Origin: Gemmatimonadota bacterium
GTDB taxonomy: Bacteria; Gemmatimonadota; Gemmatimonadetes; Gemmatimonadales; Gemmatimonadaceae
DNA: 42,946 nt
Assembly (NCBI GenBank): GCA_031372565.1
Contig: JANMLN010000028.1
Coordinates: 1 to 42,946, forward strand
Direction: 5' to 3'
Under the pieces are notes generated by a model. That model saw only the letters and a program-made list of their open reading frames with translations, was not told the DNA's origin and ran no database searches. Both the position numbers and the translations under genes were made by a program. Below are positions 25,536 to 34,977 of the stretch, one piece after another (position 1 is the first letter of the stretch; each line of letters begins with the position of its first letter).

Positions 25536-26879
25536 TTAGGATCGGCTGAGACCAAGCCGTGAAGCGATATGTCTCACAACGTCCACATGAACGGCGTTTC
25601 CCAGAGCCCGAAAGGCTGAAGCGTGAGTCTCGGGAAGTTGGAGCGAATCCGGAAGACCCAAAAGTCGCAGCCCCTCTCGACGTGAGATAAAGCGGCGCTG
25701 CGGCCCGAGAATCGGAATCTGCGTGGTCGTCATTGACACTAGCGCCGGCACGGAATCGTAGCGCTTCACGCGAAGCCCAGAAGGGCGAAATTGAAGAACG
25801 TGCTTCCAGATGTTTCGTTCGCCATGCTTCACGTTCCACTCGAACTTGCGAAGCGAATGAGGGAAGTCCTGCATTCGCTCGATCCACGCTGACGAAAGAA
25901 ATGGCCGGACGGATCGCCACCAGATCCGATTCTGCTCAATAAATCTGGTCTTCCAACCTGGAAATACGTCGACCCTCCTAACGTATGGAGGCAGCCTCTC
26001 AATCAAATCAGCACGGGACAACGTGGCCGACCGTGACCGAGTGAAGCGGCGAAGCGAATCTGTTGACCACGCATGCGGACCGCGCCCAGACGAAGGATAT
26101 GAAGCACCCAACTCATCAAGCCAAAGCGGGAACGACGGCAGCTCAAGCGAAGACGGGACCATCTGCAGAAACTCGCCCCAGAGTTCAATAACGGCGCGCT
26201 GCCTAGGCGTAAGACGCGTTTCCCTAACTTCAGCAGGAGTGAGTTCACTCCTCGAAAGTACCACGTGAGAGAGCGAAGTCTCCTGAGCCTTTCGCGCCGG
26301 AAATGGCGTATCCACTAGCGGCGACAAACTCGCGACGGCAAAGAAACGCTCTCTGTGGTGCGGATAGCCAAGGTGATGTGGTGAAATGAGTCCCGGACCA
26401 CCAGTCGATAGATGCTCGGTCCCGTAGACGAAATAACCGAGGGACCTCAAACTGTCGCGAACAACACGCCAAGTTTTTCCGGCGTCATGGCGTTCGAAGT
26501 TTCCAACATTCTCAAGAAGCACATACGCAGGCCTACGGTGGCGCACTACCTCGAGAATCGAGAAGAAAAGTGTTCCGCGTGTCCGATCCACGAAGCCCTC
26601 CTGTGCGCCAGACTTCGAAAATGGCTGACACGGAAAACCAGCGCAGAGAACCTCATGGGCAGGGAACTCTCGCTCGGAGCCACGGAGGTTCCCAACGATG
26701 CGCGAGGACTCTACTCCAAAATTCTGCTGGTAGAGCGCACGCAACTCGTCGTCAATCTCCGCAACGCCAACACACTCGCCGCCGAGTTGCGATAGCGCGG
26801 CATGGAATCCCCCCAGACCAGCGCAAAGATCCACAAACCGAAAACGCTGCTGTCGGTCACGCACAGAAACTCGCGCCAC
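25536..26879 (-). CDS. DNA (cytosine-5)-methyltransferase
   Basis: Motif I DLCAGLGG, IV AGFPCQPFS, VI LENV, VIII PHHRER, IX RFISRREGLRL, X LGNAV. Confidence 0.93.
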   Translation of the reverse strand: MARVSVRDRQQRFRFVDLCAGLGGFHAALSQLGGECVGVAEIDDELRALYQQNFGVESSRIVGNLRGSEREFPAHEVLCAGFPCQPFSKSGAQEGFVDRTRGTLFFSILEVVRHRRPAYVLLENVGNFERHDAGKTWRVVRDSLRSLGYFVYGTEHLSTGGPGLISPHHLGYPHHRERFFAVASLSPLVDTPFPARKAQETSLSHVVLSRSELTPAEVRETRLTPRQRAVIELWGEFLQMVPSSLELPSFPLWLDELGASYPSSGRGPHAWSTDSLRRFTRSRSATLSRADLIERLPPYVRRVDVFPGWKTRFIEQNRIWWRSVRPFLSSAWIERMQDFPHSLRKFEWNVKHGERNIWKHVLQFRPSGLRVKRYDSVPALVSMTTTQIPILGPQRRFISRREGLRLLGLPDSLQLPETHASAFRALGNAVHVDVVRHIASRLGLSRS

Positions 26880-26933
26880 GAGATCGATCTCGAGAAGAAA
26901 GCGATAGGAACCTACCTTCGAGGCAGAAATCTA

Positions 26934-28532
26934 ATGAAGCGGACCGCAGCCAGGAGCAGGGCAACCTCAGCCGACACCCCTCTCACGAAGGTCAGCATTC
27001 GACCAGGTGTAAGCGTCCTCTCAGTCCTAGCGCACCTGAACTACCAGCCCTGGTTCGCAATTGCTGAATTCGTCGACAACGCTGTCCAAAGCTTCATCGA
27101 TAACAAGAAGCGTATCGGGATTCGACAGCTGAAGATTGCGATCGACATCGACACGTCTGGGATGGGACGAATTTCCGTTCGCGACAACGCTGCCGGGATC
27201 GCACGGCGTGACTACGCAAGGGCGTTTCGTGCTGCGGAGGTTCCGCCCAATCGGAAAGGACTCTCGGAGTTTGGCATGGGGATGAAGAGTGCAGCGTGCT
27301 TCTTTGCAAAGCGATGGGCCGTGAGAACGAAGGCGTTTGGGGAAACAGTCGAGCGAAAGGTTTCCTTCGACATTGCGCGCATCGTTCGCGACTCCATTGA
27401 GGAGCTGACTATTGAGGAGCGCCCCGCTTCTCGTTCGGATCACTACACTGAGATTATCCTCACCGATCTCAACAAGATTCCTCAGAAGAAATCAATCGCA
27501 AAGATTCGGGATCATCTAGCGAGCATCTATCGCGTGCAGCTCAGAACCGGAATACTCAAGCTCACATATCGCGGTGATGATGTAGAGTACACTGACCCTG
27601 CCGTTCTGCGTGCCCCTCATTTTGCAGAACCAAAGGGGAAAGCAAAGCTCTGGAAGAAGCAGATACACATTGCGCTTCCACGGGGTCGCCGAATCGAGGG
27701 GTTCGCTGCTCTTCGCGCGAAGGCGAGCGTATCAGGCGCCGGCTTTGCACTCTTTCGCCGCGGGCGTGTAGTCCAAGGCTCGGGAGATGAGGGTTACCGC
27801 CCAGAGTATATATTCGGCAAGTCAAATAGCTATGCGTATCAACGTCTCTTCGGCGAATTGCACCTATATGGCTTTGACGTAAGCCATACAAAAGATGGCT
27901 TCCGATGGGAAGACGATGAGGAGTTGATCTGGGAGAAGTTGCGCAAGGCAATCGACAGCGCGCCAATCTCACTGTTGAGGCAGGCGCAGGGATATCGTAC
28001 AAGGCCCACCAAGGATCAGATCGCAACTGGCGCGCAGACGGCAATCGACAATACCGCTGACGTCCTCAGCCGCACTCCCCAGAGTGCGATCGACCAGGTG
28101 ATTCGCTCCCTCGAGGGCGCGCCGCACGGCCCCCAACGCGGTTTGCCGAAACGACATGCGATCGCGAAGAAGGAGTTCATTGTGAACTTCCAGGATGTAG
28201 AGTGGAACATCAGGCTGGAGTACTCAAGCGACTCACCAGGAGATGATTGGCTCGAGGTGTCTGAGCGAAAGCAGGAGAAGCCCTCAAAGGCCAAAGGCTC
28301 AAAGTCGAAGAGATCCACCGATGGTCGAATTGTGCACGTGCGGATGGCCGCAGCGCATCCATTCATGGTTCGATTCGCAGGGAGCGACGAAGAGAAGCTG
28401 GAGGCCATGGCACGCATGGGGGCGGCAATTGCTCTCTCCGAGATAACAGCCCGCGATTCTGGCGTCGAAGATGCGTCCGCAATTCGTCTAGCCCTGAACG
28501 AACTGCTCCTTGAACCTTTTAGCGAGGCGTGA
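26934..28532 (+). CDS. MORC/MutL-type GHKL ATPase (HATPase_c_3-like)
   Basis: AIAEFVDNAVQS, DNAAGI, LSEFGMGMKSA and VRTK GHKL motifs. ATG at 26934 avoids overlap with the methyltransferase. Confidence 0.88.
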   Translation: MKRTAARSRATSADTPLTKVSIRPGVSVLSVLAHLNYQPWFAIAEFVDNAVQSFIDNKKRIGIRQLKIAIDIDTSGMGRISVRDNAAGIARRDYARAFRAAEVPPNRKGLSEFGMGMKSAACFFAKRWAVRTKAFGETVERKVSFDIARIVRDSIEELTIEERPASRSDHYTEIILTDLNKIPQKKSIAKIRDHLASIYRVQLRTGILKLTYRGDDVEYTDPAVLRAPHFAEPKGKAKLWKKQIHIALPRGRRIEGFAALRAKASVSGAGFALFRRGRVVQGSGDEGYRPEYIFGKSNSYAYQRLFGELHLYGFDVSHTKDGFRWEDDEELIWEKLRKAIDSAPISLLRQAQGYRTRPTKDQIATGAQTAIDNTADVLSRTPQSAIDQVIRSLEGAPHGPQRGLPKRHAIAKKEFIVNFQDVEWNIRLEYSSDSPGDDWLEVSERKQEKPSKAKGSKSKRSTDGRIVHVRMAAAHPFMVRFAGSDEEKLEAMARMGAAIALSEITARDSGVEDASAIRLALNELLLEPFSEA

Positions 28533-28568
28533 ACTGCGTCTCACAATCTCCGCCGCATAGGATCGCAA

Positions 28569-30779
28569 ATGACAAGAAAGTCGCAGGTGCGCATCGGAAG
28601 TGCTAAACCAACGCCTGGTAGCAAATGGACGCCAGTCGCAGGTAGCGAATTCGAAGGATTCCTGCTGCGTAGCCCTATTGCGCGTGACGAAGCGGCGAAG
28701 CGCCTATTCTCGGACGAGTGCGGCGCCATTCTTCGAAAATGCGTTTCACCGAAACACGGGAAGGGACATTCCGCTGGACTGGTGATTGGGTATGTCCAGA
28801 GCGGAAAGACGCTCTCCTTCACAGGCGTCACCGCACTTGCACGCGACAACGGCTTTCAACTCGTAATCGTTGTCGCCGGAATCTCCGATCCACTGCTGGC
28901 GCAATCGACGGCGCGCATTCGGGCAGATCTAGACATCGACCGTCGAAATGACTACGCGTGGGTGATGTTCGAGAGCAAAGGCTTCCCAGCAAACCTATCT
29001 ACCAGGATCGCAAATCACCTCGAAGAATGGCGCGACAAGGATGTGCCGCTAAATCAGCGGCGAACTGTCATTGTTGTGGTCATGAAGCATCACGGTCATC
29101 TAGAGAAGCTGAACAAGCACTTGCGAAAGGTAAAGATGCTTGACCGTACGCCCACCCTGGTGATTGACGACGAGGCTGACCAGGCGAGCATGAACACGAA
29201 GGTGCGCCGCAATGAGGAGAGTAGTACACACGGCGCTCTGAGAACTTTGCGCGAGCTTCTGCCCTGGCACACCTACCTTCAGTACACAGCAACGCCGCAG
29301 GCACCGCTCTTGATCAGTATGATCGATGAACTGGCGCCGCAGTTTGTCGAACTCATTACACCAGGTAAGGGCTACGTTGGTGGAAAGGAATTCTTCGGAT
29401 CAGGATCCAAGCTCGCGGTAGAGATTCCCCAGAGCGAACTGCCGGATCCAAGCAGTCCGCGCGCCGGCCCGCCAAGCTCACTCGTGATGGCCTTGCAGAT
29501 GTTCGTCTTGGGCGTGACCGCTGGCCTCGTCGACCCGGCCGGTCCACAGAGCAATCGCTCGATGCTCCTTCACCCGTCGCAGGAGCGCGACCTCCATACG
29601 CAATACTCTGGCTGGGTCGACGGAGTGCTGAGACGATGGAAGCGAACAATGGAGAGTGGTTCCGTCGCTGACAGACGGCACTTGCGCGATGAGTTTCGTG
29701 CTGCGCACAAGCAGCTGGCCGGCACACACCCTCAGCTACCGACACTCAGCGTACTGTTCAAGCAATTCAAGCGAGCGATGCGGGTGCCGGTGACAATCAT
29801 GAACGCTGAACGCGGCAAGACGCCCCAGATCGATTGGAAGGGAGCCTACGCGCACGTGCTAGTTGGTGGACAAGCTCTCGACAGAGGTTTCACCGTCGAG
29901 GGCCTTACCATCACTTACATGCCGCGCGGAGTCGGTGTTGGACACGTCGACACTGTTCAGCAACGGGCCCGGTTCTTCGGCTACAAGAGCAATTACTCCG
30001 GACTCTGCCGTGTGTTTGCCGGGCAAGGAGTGCTTGACACGTTCACAAAATACGTCAAGCACGAGGAGTTCATGCGCGGCAGTCTCAGAAAGCTCAATGC
30101 GGAAGGAAAGGCGCTCAAGGACTGGCGGCGCATCTTCATCCTCGACCGTAACCTTCGGCCAACAAGGCAAAGCGTACTGGCGCTCGACTTTTCTAGAGAG
30201 AGCTTCGGAGGGAAGTGGAATTATCAGGGTCAGCCGCACGTCGGCTCCTCTGCGATCAGCGAGAATAAGCGGCTCTTGCAAAATCTGCTCGCGTCACGAG
30301 CTCTGGGTACATGGCGCACCCGGAAAGGCAATACGGCTACCACGACACACCACTATGCAGAAGGCGTGGCCCTTGGCACGCTGCTTGAGAAGCTCTTGGT
30401 CCCATGGTTGACTCCTGGACGTGCTGACGCCATGACGTTCACGACCATTCAATTGCTTCTCGCGGACGCTCTCGAGCGAGAGGGTGGGAAGCAAGAGCTG
30501 TGCGATGTGATTCTGATGAGTGGCGGAAGTAGTCGTCAACGAAGCCTCACGAAGGCAAATGAAGTTGACAATCCGTTTCAGGGAGCTTCACCGCCAAACG
30601 GCCCGCGATTGGGGAAGGACTATTCTGGCGATCGGCAAATAGGAAACCACGATCGGGTACGGGTTCAGATTCATGTCTTGGATCTTTACCGCGGCCAAGC
30701 GCTTGTCGCCTCTGGCGTACCCATGCTCGCGGTGTGCCTTCCGAAGCGAATGGCGGTCCATACCATTGCACAGGACTAG
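28569..30779 (+). CDS. Z1-domain SF2 helicase-like protein
   Basis: GLVIGYVQSGKT, IDDEADQAS, YTATPQA, SMLLH, LDRGFTVEGLTITY, DTVQQRARFFGY. Confidence 0.9.
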   Translation: MTRKSQVRIGSAKPTPGSKWTPVAGSEFEGFLLRSPIARDEAAKRLFSDECGAILRKCVSPKHGKGHSAGLVIGYVQSGKTLSFTGVTALARDNGFQLVIVVAGISDPLLAQSTARIRADLDIDRRNDYAWVMFESKGFPANLSTRIANHLEEWRDKDVPLNQRRTVIVVVMKHHGHLEKLNKHLRKVKMLDRTPTLVIDDEADQASMNTKVRRNEESSTHGALRTLRELLPWHTYLQYTATPQAPLLISMIDELAPQFVELITPGKGYVGGKEFFGSGSKLAVEIPQSELPDPSSPRAGPPSSLVMALQMFVLGVTAGLVDPAGPQSNRSMLLHPSQERDLHTQYSGWVDGVLRRWKRTMESGSVADRRHLRDEFRAAHKQLAGTHPQLPTLSVLFKQFKRAMRVPVTIMNAERGKTPQIDWKGAYAHVLVGGQALDRGFTVEGLTITYMPRGVGVGHVDTVQQRARFFGYKSNYSGLCRVFAGQGVLDTFTKYVKHEEFMRGSLRKLNAEGKALKDWRRIFILDRNLRPTRQSVLALDFSRESFGGKWNYQGQPHVGSSAISENKRLLQNLLASRALGTWRTRKGNTATTTHHYAEGVALGTLLEKLLVPWLTPGRADAMTFTTIQLLLADALEREGGKQELCDVILMSGGSSRQRSLTKANEVDNPFQGASPPNGPRLGKDYSGDRQIGNHDRVRVQIHVLDLYRGQALVASGVPMLAVCLPKRMAVHTIAQD

Positions 30780-30794
30780 TGGAGGCACCCAAGC

Positions 30795-31835
30795 ATGAGT
30801 TCGGACGGTAGCAATGCGCTACAAGCAGCGTTTCAGCAGCTCCTGCCACCGAAGGGGCGAGGTAATGGCGAGCGATATCAGACGATTCAGTTGAGGGACG
30901 AGCCTCGAGTTCAAATCGGCAAGGGCAGAGGCGGGGAGCCCTGTATCATCATTGACGATGTCTCTGCTCGAGAAGGCGCGGTCCGGATGCCCATCGAGCT
31001 TGAACACATCGTCGTCCGATACCGATGTGATGTCGAGATCTACACATCTTCAACAAGGCGCGTGGGAAAGGCAGTGGCCACAGTTATTGGCCTTCGGGAG
31101 GGAAGTTCCGAGTTCACAAATGCCTTCCTGGATGTTGCTAGCGTCTTTGCTGACTCGTTAGGCGCGCATCCGACGCAAGAGCAAGTCTATGAACAGGTTG
31201 GCCGACTACTCGAGCTGTTCCGCGCGAGAACACGCCCCGCGCTTGGATCGGTGCAGGGACTTTGGGCAGAACTGTTTCTGATTGCATGTGCGACGCGCAT
31301 GCAGGAGGCGGCACGCGCGTGGCATTCAGATCCGTCTGATGTTCACGACTTTGCTGACCAAGGGCAGCGACTAGAGGTGAAGAGCACGAGGAGGGCTGAG
31401 CGGAAGCATACATTCACGCACGCTCAACTGACTCCGCTGGCGAAGCAGCAGATATTTGTTGCGTCAGTTCAAGTGCTTGAGAGCCAAACTGGAGTGTCGA
31501 TTGCACACCTGCTGGATCGAGTCGCAGCGGAGCTCGGTGGCGGGGAGGACACCGCTCGCGTTGAGTCTATCGCAATGGCCACACTCGCCAGCAACTGGAC
31601 TCAGGGCAGCCGCGAGCGTTTTGATTTCCAAACCGCAATTGACACACTCCGGCTCTACGACGCGAGCAATGTCCCGCGTCTGTCATGCAAGATTCCGCTC
31701 GGAGTGAGCGATGTGACGTTTGTATCGGATCTAGCCACGAGCCGTCACGTGACTACGAGTGTGTGGCGCCGCCTAGGCGGTCTCGCGGGATATGTGGCTC
31801 CACTCCCGAGAGCGCGTCTGCTGAACGATCGGTGA
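30795..31835 (+). CDS. PD-(D/E)XK motif putative nuclease (DUF4420-like)
   Basis: QGLWAEL, W...HDF, LEVKST. SD ggagg upstream. Directly follows the Z1 gene. Confidence 0.85.
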   Translation: MSSDGSNALQAAFQQLLPPKGRGNGERYQTIQLRDEPRVQIGKGRGGEPCIIIDDVSAREGAVRMPIELEHIVVRYRCDVEIYTSSTRRVGKAVATVIGLREGSSEFTNAFLDVASVFADSLGAHPTQEQVYEQVGRLLELFRARTRPALGSVQGLWAELFLIACATRMQEAARAWHSDPSDVHDFADQGQRLEVKSTRRAERKHTFTHAQLTPLAKQQIFVASVQVLESQTGVSIAHLLDRVAAELGGGEDTARVESIAMATLASNWTQGSRERFDFQTAIDTLRLYDASNVPRLSCKIPLGVSDVTFVSDLATSRHVTTSVWRRLGGLAGYVAPLPRARLLNDR

Positions 31836-31944
31836 CGAAGAACGACAGAATGCGATTCGTTCAGACCAGAAGACACGACAGGCAAGGGAAGGTAGAGGCT
31901 GCCTTCTATGAGAATGCAGTTGCACGCTGCGGTATCGGGAGAAG

Positions 31945-34491
31945 CTATGGGACCCGCACCCGCGCCTCCCTCACCCTCCCCACCACCCACTCCCGCTCCC
32001 CCTCCGTATCAAACCCCTTCCACCCCCGCGCCCCCGCCTCCAACCGCTCCAGCCACTTCACCACGAACTTCACATCCTCCTCCACCCGCACCCGACGCCC
32101 GCCCACCGTCACGTACACCGGCGACGTCGTCCCGAACGGGTACATGTCCAGCACCTCCGCCCGCGCTGAGTCCCCGCGCGCGCCAAGCACGAACCACTTG
32201 CTCTCCGACACCATCACGCTGAATGTCGTGTCGTGCGACGTCCTCGGCCCGGACGCAGACAGATTCGCCACCACCACCCCGTTGGCCACCAGCTCTAAGT
32301 GATCCACCGCCACCATACTCCGAAGCCGCGCGCGAACGCGCACTGACCCTCCCGAAGCCGGCAGCATCACCGAGTCCCCAGGCTCCCGCTCATTCACCCA
32401 CAGCTCCACCAGCGGCCCATTGGTCGCCATCGTCCGCCCCGCCGCGATCCCCGCCAGCATCGCCGCGCGCGTGTTCGCACTCTTCACATACGTGCGATTG
32501 AGCCCGATCGGCCCCCGCAGGCTCGCGTAGTTGGTCATCGCGTCCGTACCCGCGCCTGCGGGAATCCGGAACCCCGCGTTCAGCAGCCGATACCACGTGC
32601 GCGCCGTGCTCCAATGCTCGGCGAACCCCAGAATCTCCATGTAGCTCAGCTGGCCGAGCGCTGCGTCGATCGGCAGCGCGTGCGAGAGTGCGGTCTTCTC
32701 GTCAAATGGGTCAATCGGTTCGTCGTACGGATGCACGTACCCCGTGATCGCGCCCTGCTTGCGCGCCAGCGCGAACACGTCGCTGTTCATCGGCAGCAGG
32801 CTCGACGCGGCCGTGCCCTGGTAGCTCGCGTACGGCGGCAGCACCAGGCCCGTCGTCAGGCCGAGCAGGGCAGAGTGACCCCAGTACGGAGTATGAAACT
32901 CCTCGTCGAAGGCGAGCAGCACCTCCTTGGGCTCCGTGCTCGACTCCTTCCCGCCGTTGAACCACGTGAGATCGGGAATGCGCGACTCCTTGTTCACGAT
33001 CAGCGCTTCCACCAATCGCACGTCCTCGGCCCTCGCCTGCGCGGTCACCGTCGCCGGCGTCGCCTTGTACGGGCCGCCGTAGTTCATGTGCACGTGCAGG
33101 TCCGCCGAGCGCCATCCCTGCAGTGCGAGGTCGGCGATGCGCGCGAAGCGCGCGACCAGCTTGCCACTCGTGCTGTCGCCGATCTTCACCTGCACCACCT
33201 GCTTGACCGGCTTCCACTCGAGGCCGTGGTATGCCTCCACCGTGTACGCGCCCTCGGGCACCATCAGCTCCGTCGCGCCACCGGCGTGGAAGTAGTGCAC
33301 CTCGAACGCGCGCGCCTTGCGATCGTAGCTGTCGTCCGCCTGGCGCCACGCGCCGTCGCTCACCCAGGCGCGGCCATCGGGGCCCGTCACGCTCACGCGC
33401 GCGGTCATGGGCTGATTGTGGTCATCCATGAGGCGAATGCTCAAGCGGCCGAGCGGACGCTTGTACACGCGACGCGTGCGCGACACGGTGAGCGTCGTGC
33501 CACTCCGCACATGGATGACGCGGATCTCCGGCATCCCCGTCTCGTTCGCGAGGTACGCGATGCGCTGCCCATCGGGCGACCAGCGCGGATTGGTCGCGTC
33601 GTAGTCGCCGAAGGTGAGCTGGTACGGGTTCTTCCCGTCTGCGGTCATCAGGAAGAGCTGGTGCCACGTGCGCCCGATGTAGCTCGCATACACCACGCGA
33701 CGGCCGTCTGGGCTCCAGTCGGGACGCGCCCCCCACGTGGTCTCTTCATCGCGCAGCTCGCGGCCGGCCAGCGTGCCGCCGGCAGCGGGCACCACCGCGC
33801 GCCACACCCCACCCGAGCCCCACATGTGGCCGGTGTTGGTCACGTACAGCAGCTCGCGCCCGTCGGGCGACCACGACGGGGAGATGGCGTGATCGATGGC
33901 GCCGTAGTACGTGCGGGCGAGCGGGCTCGCGGTGTCGGCGCTGATGCGGCGCGCATCGGTGAGCGCGCCGTTCGTCACATCGGCCACGAACAGGTGGAAG
34001 CGGCCAGCCTGCTGCGTACTCATCCACGCGAGGCGCTTGCCATCGGGGGACCAGCGCGGCTCGAGGTTCACCGCGCCGCCGCTCGTGAGCGGACGAATCA
34101 CCCCCGTCGCCACCTCGAGCAGCTGCAGCTCGTACGCATCACGTTGGTAGCGCGTGAACACCAGCCACTTCCCGTCGGGCGACACATCCGGCTGGTGATC
34201 GTAGCCGGGACCGTCCGTCAGTTGAACCGCCTCGGTCTGGCCCAGCACCTGCTTCCACAACGTGCCGTTCATCGCATACACGAGCGTGGCGTCGTCGAGC
34301 CAGGCGACGGCGTGCGGGCCCGTGGTCACCTGCGGGACGTAGAGGTTGCGCCAGTAGTAGGGGTGGGGGACGGTGACTTGGCTGAGGACGGGGGCGCGCT
34401 GGGCGGTCACCGGGCCGGGCACGAAACAGAGAATGCCGGCCAGCAGGCCGCTCAGTGCGCGTCCAAGGCGAGGGCGGAGAAGGGTGTCCAT
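31945..34491 (-). CDS. Secreted TolB/PD40-repeat protein fused to a PHP-like (CehA/McbA family) metallohydrolase
   Basis: Repeated P.WSPDG blades, plus W.SADLHVH, YVHP, AGTDA and TNGP. Confidence 0.85.
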   Translation of the reverse strand: MDTLLRPRLGRALSGLLAGILCFVPGPVTAQRAPVLSQVTVPHPYYWRNLYVPQVTTGPHAVAWLDDATLVYAMNGTLWKQVLGQTEAVQLTDGPGYDHQPDVSPDGKWLVFTRYQRDAYELQLLEVATGVIRPLTSGGAVNLEPRWSPDGKRLAWMSTQQAGRFHLFVADVTNGALTDARRISADTASPLARTYYGAIDHAISPSWSPDGRELLYVTNTGHMWGSGGVWRAVVPAAGGTLAGRELRDEETTWGARPDWSPDGRRVVYASYIGRTWHQLFLMTADGKNPYQLTFGDYDATNPRWSPDGQRIAYLANETGMPEIRVIHVRSGTTLTVSRTRRVYKRPLGRLSIRLMDDHNQPMTARVSVTGPDGRAWVSDGAWRQADDSYDRKARAFEVHYFHAGGATELMVPEGAYTVEAYHGLEWKPVKQVVQVKIGDSTSGKLVARFARIADLALQGWRSADLHVHMNYGGPYKATPATVTAQARAEDVRLVEALIVNKESRIPDLTWFNGGKESSTEPKEVLLAFDEEFHTPYWGHSALLGLTTGLVLPPYASYQGTAASSLLPMNSDVFALARKQGAITGYVHPYDEPIDPFDEKTALSHALPIDAALGQLSYMEILGFAEHWSTARTWYRLLNAGFRIPAGAGTDAMTNYASLRGPIGLNRTYVKSANTRAAMLAGIAAGRTMATNGPLVELWVNEREPGDSVMLPASGGSVRVRARLRSMVAVDHLELVANGVVVANLSASGPRTSHDTTFSVMVSESKWFVLGARGDSARAEVLDMYPFGTTSPVYVTVGGRRVRVEEDVKFVVKWLERLEAGARGWKGFDTEGEREWVVGRVREARVRVP

Positions 34492-34548
34492 GCGTGGAAG
34501 ATGCGCCCGGTCGGTCACGGCGGTAACTGTCTCTGGAGGCGGGGAGTG

Positions 34549-34650
34549 GGCGTCTCTTCCGTTCGGAGTGTGCTTGTCGCAGCCTTCTCGCTTGGCCACC
34601 GAGCGCTGCGTATCCGCTTCGCGTGCCGCATGAACCTCAGGAGTGACTAA
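34549..34650 (+). pseudogene. Possible decayed C-terminus of a BrnT-like toxin
   Basis: GVSSVRSVLVAAFSLGHRALRIRFACRMN follows the spacing of the BrnT C-terminal pattern (G.......L..AFT......RVISAR.M). It ends 3 nt before an RHH antitoxin-like gene. No intact N-terminus. Confidence 0.35.
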
Positions 34651-34653
34651 CCG

Positions 34654-34860
34654 ATGGAGCCACGCGCCAGGAAGGCTGCCACGCCGAGGACCACGAGGAT
34701 CTCGGTGCGGTTGCCGTTGATGATGTTGGAGGAGTTGGAGAGGCTGGCTAACGAGAGGCGAGTGCCGCTTCAGGCCCTACTCCAGACGTTCCTGGCTGAA
34801 CGCGTTGCCAGCGAGTACCGGTTGGTGGGGCGCCGCAGGCACGTCTCGGAGAGGTCGTAG
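34654..34860 (+). CDS. Ribbon-helix-helix (CopG/BrnA-like) antitoxin-type protein
   Basis: TTRISVRLP..MLEELERLANERRVP.QALL..FLAERV. SD aggag upstream. Confidence 0.7.
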   Translation: MEPRARKAATPRTTRISVRLPLMMLEELERLANERRVPLQALLQTFLAERVASEYRLVGRRRHVSERS

Positions 34861-34977
34861 CGGACGTCGTAGGCAGCCACCGGCCCGCGAGACTTTGCTC
34901 GCTTGCGCACCTGCGCGCCCATCAAGTAACCTCGCAAAGGCACTACGCACTCTCTCAAATACGCCAGGAGGCGACGC

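Larger units (their letters stand above)
25134..31944. other. Lower-GC horizontally acquired defence island (boundaries approximate)
   Basis: Abrupt drop in GC and change in codon usage between two convergent host genes. CTAG is frequent inside the island and rare outside. Confidence 0.75.

Noticed and set aside
26802..26933. Longer start for the MORC ATPase overlapping the methyltransferase
   Set aside because: A head-to-head overlap is unlikely. ATG 26934 has GAGG upstream and precedes the conserved domain.
31832..31944. GTG-initiated frame overlapping the DUF4420 stop as the stub of a lost further gene (e.g. AIPR)
   Set aside because: No recognisable motif, and the frame runs antisense into the neighbouring hydrolase. 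It cannot be supported without a search.
25134..31944. Prophage, IS or integrative element call for the island
   Set aside because: No integrase, transposase, tRNA target, terminal inverted repeats or flanking direct repeats could be seen.
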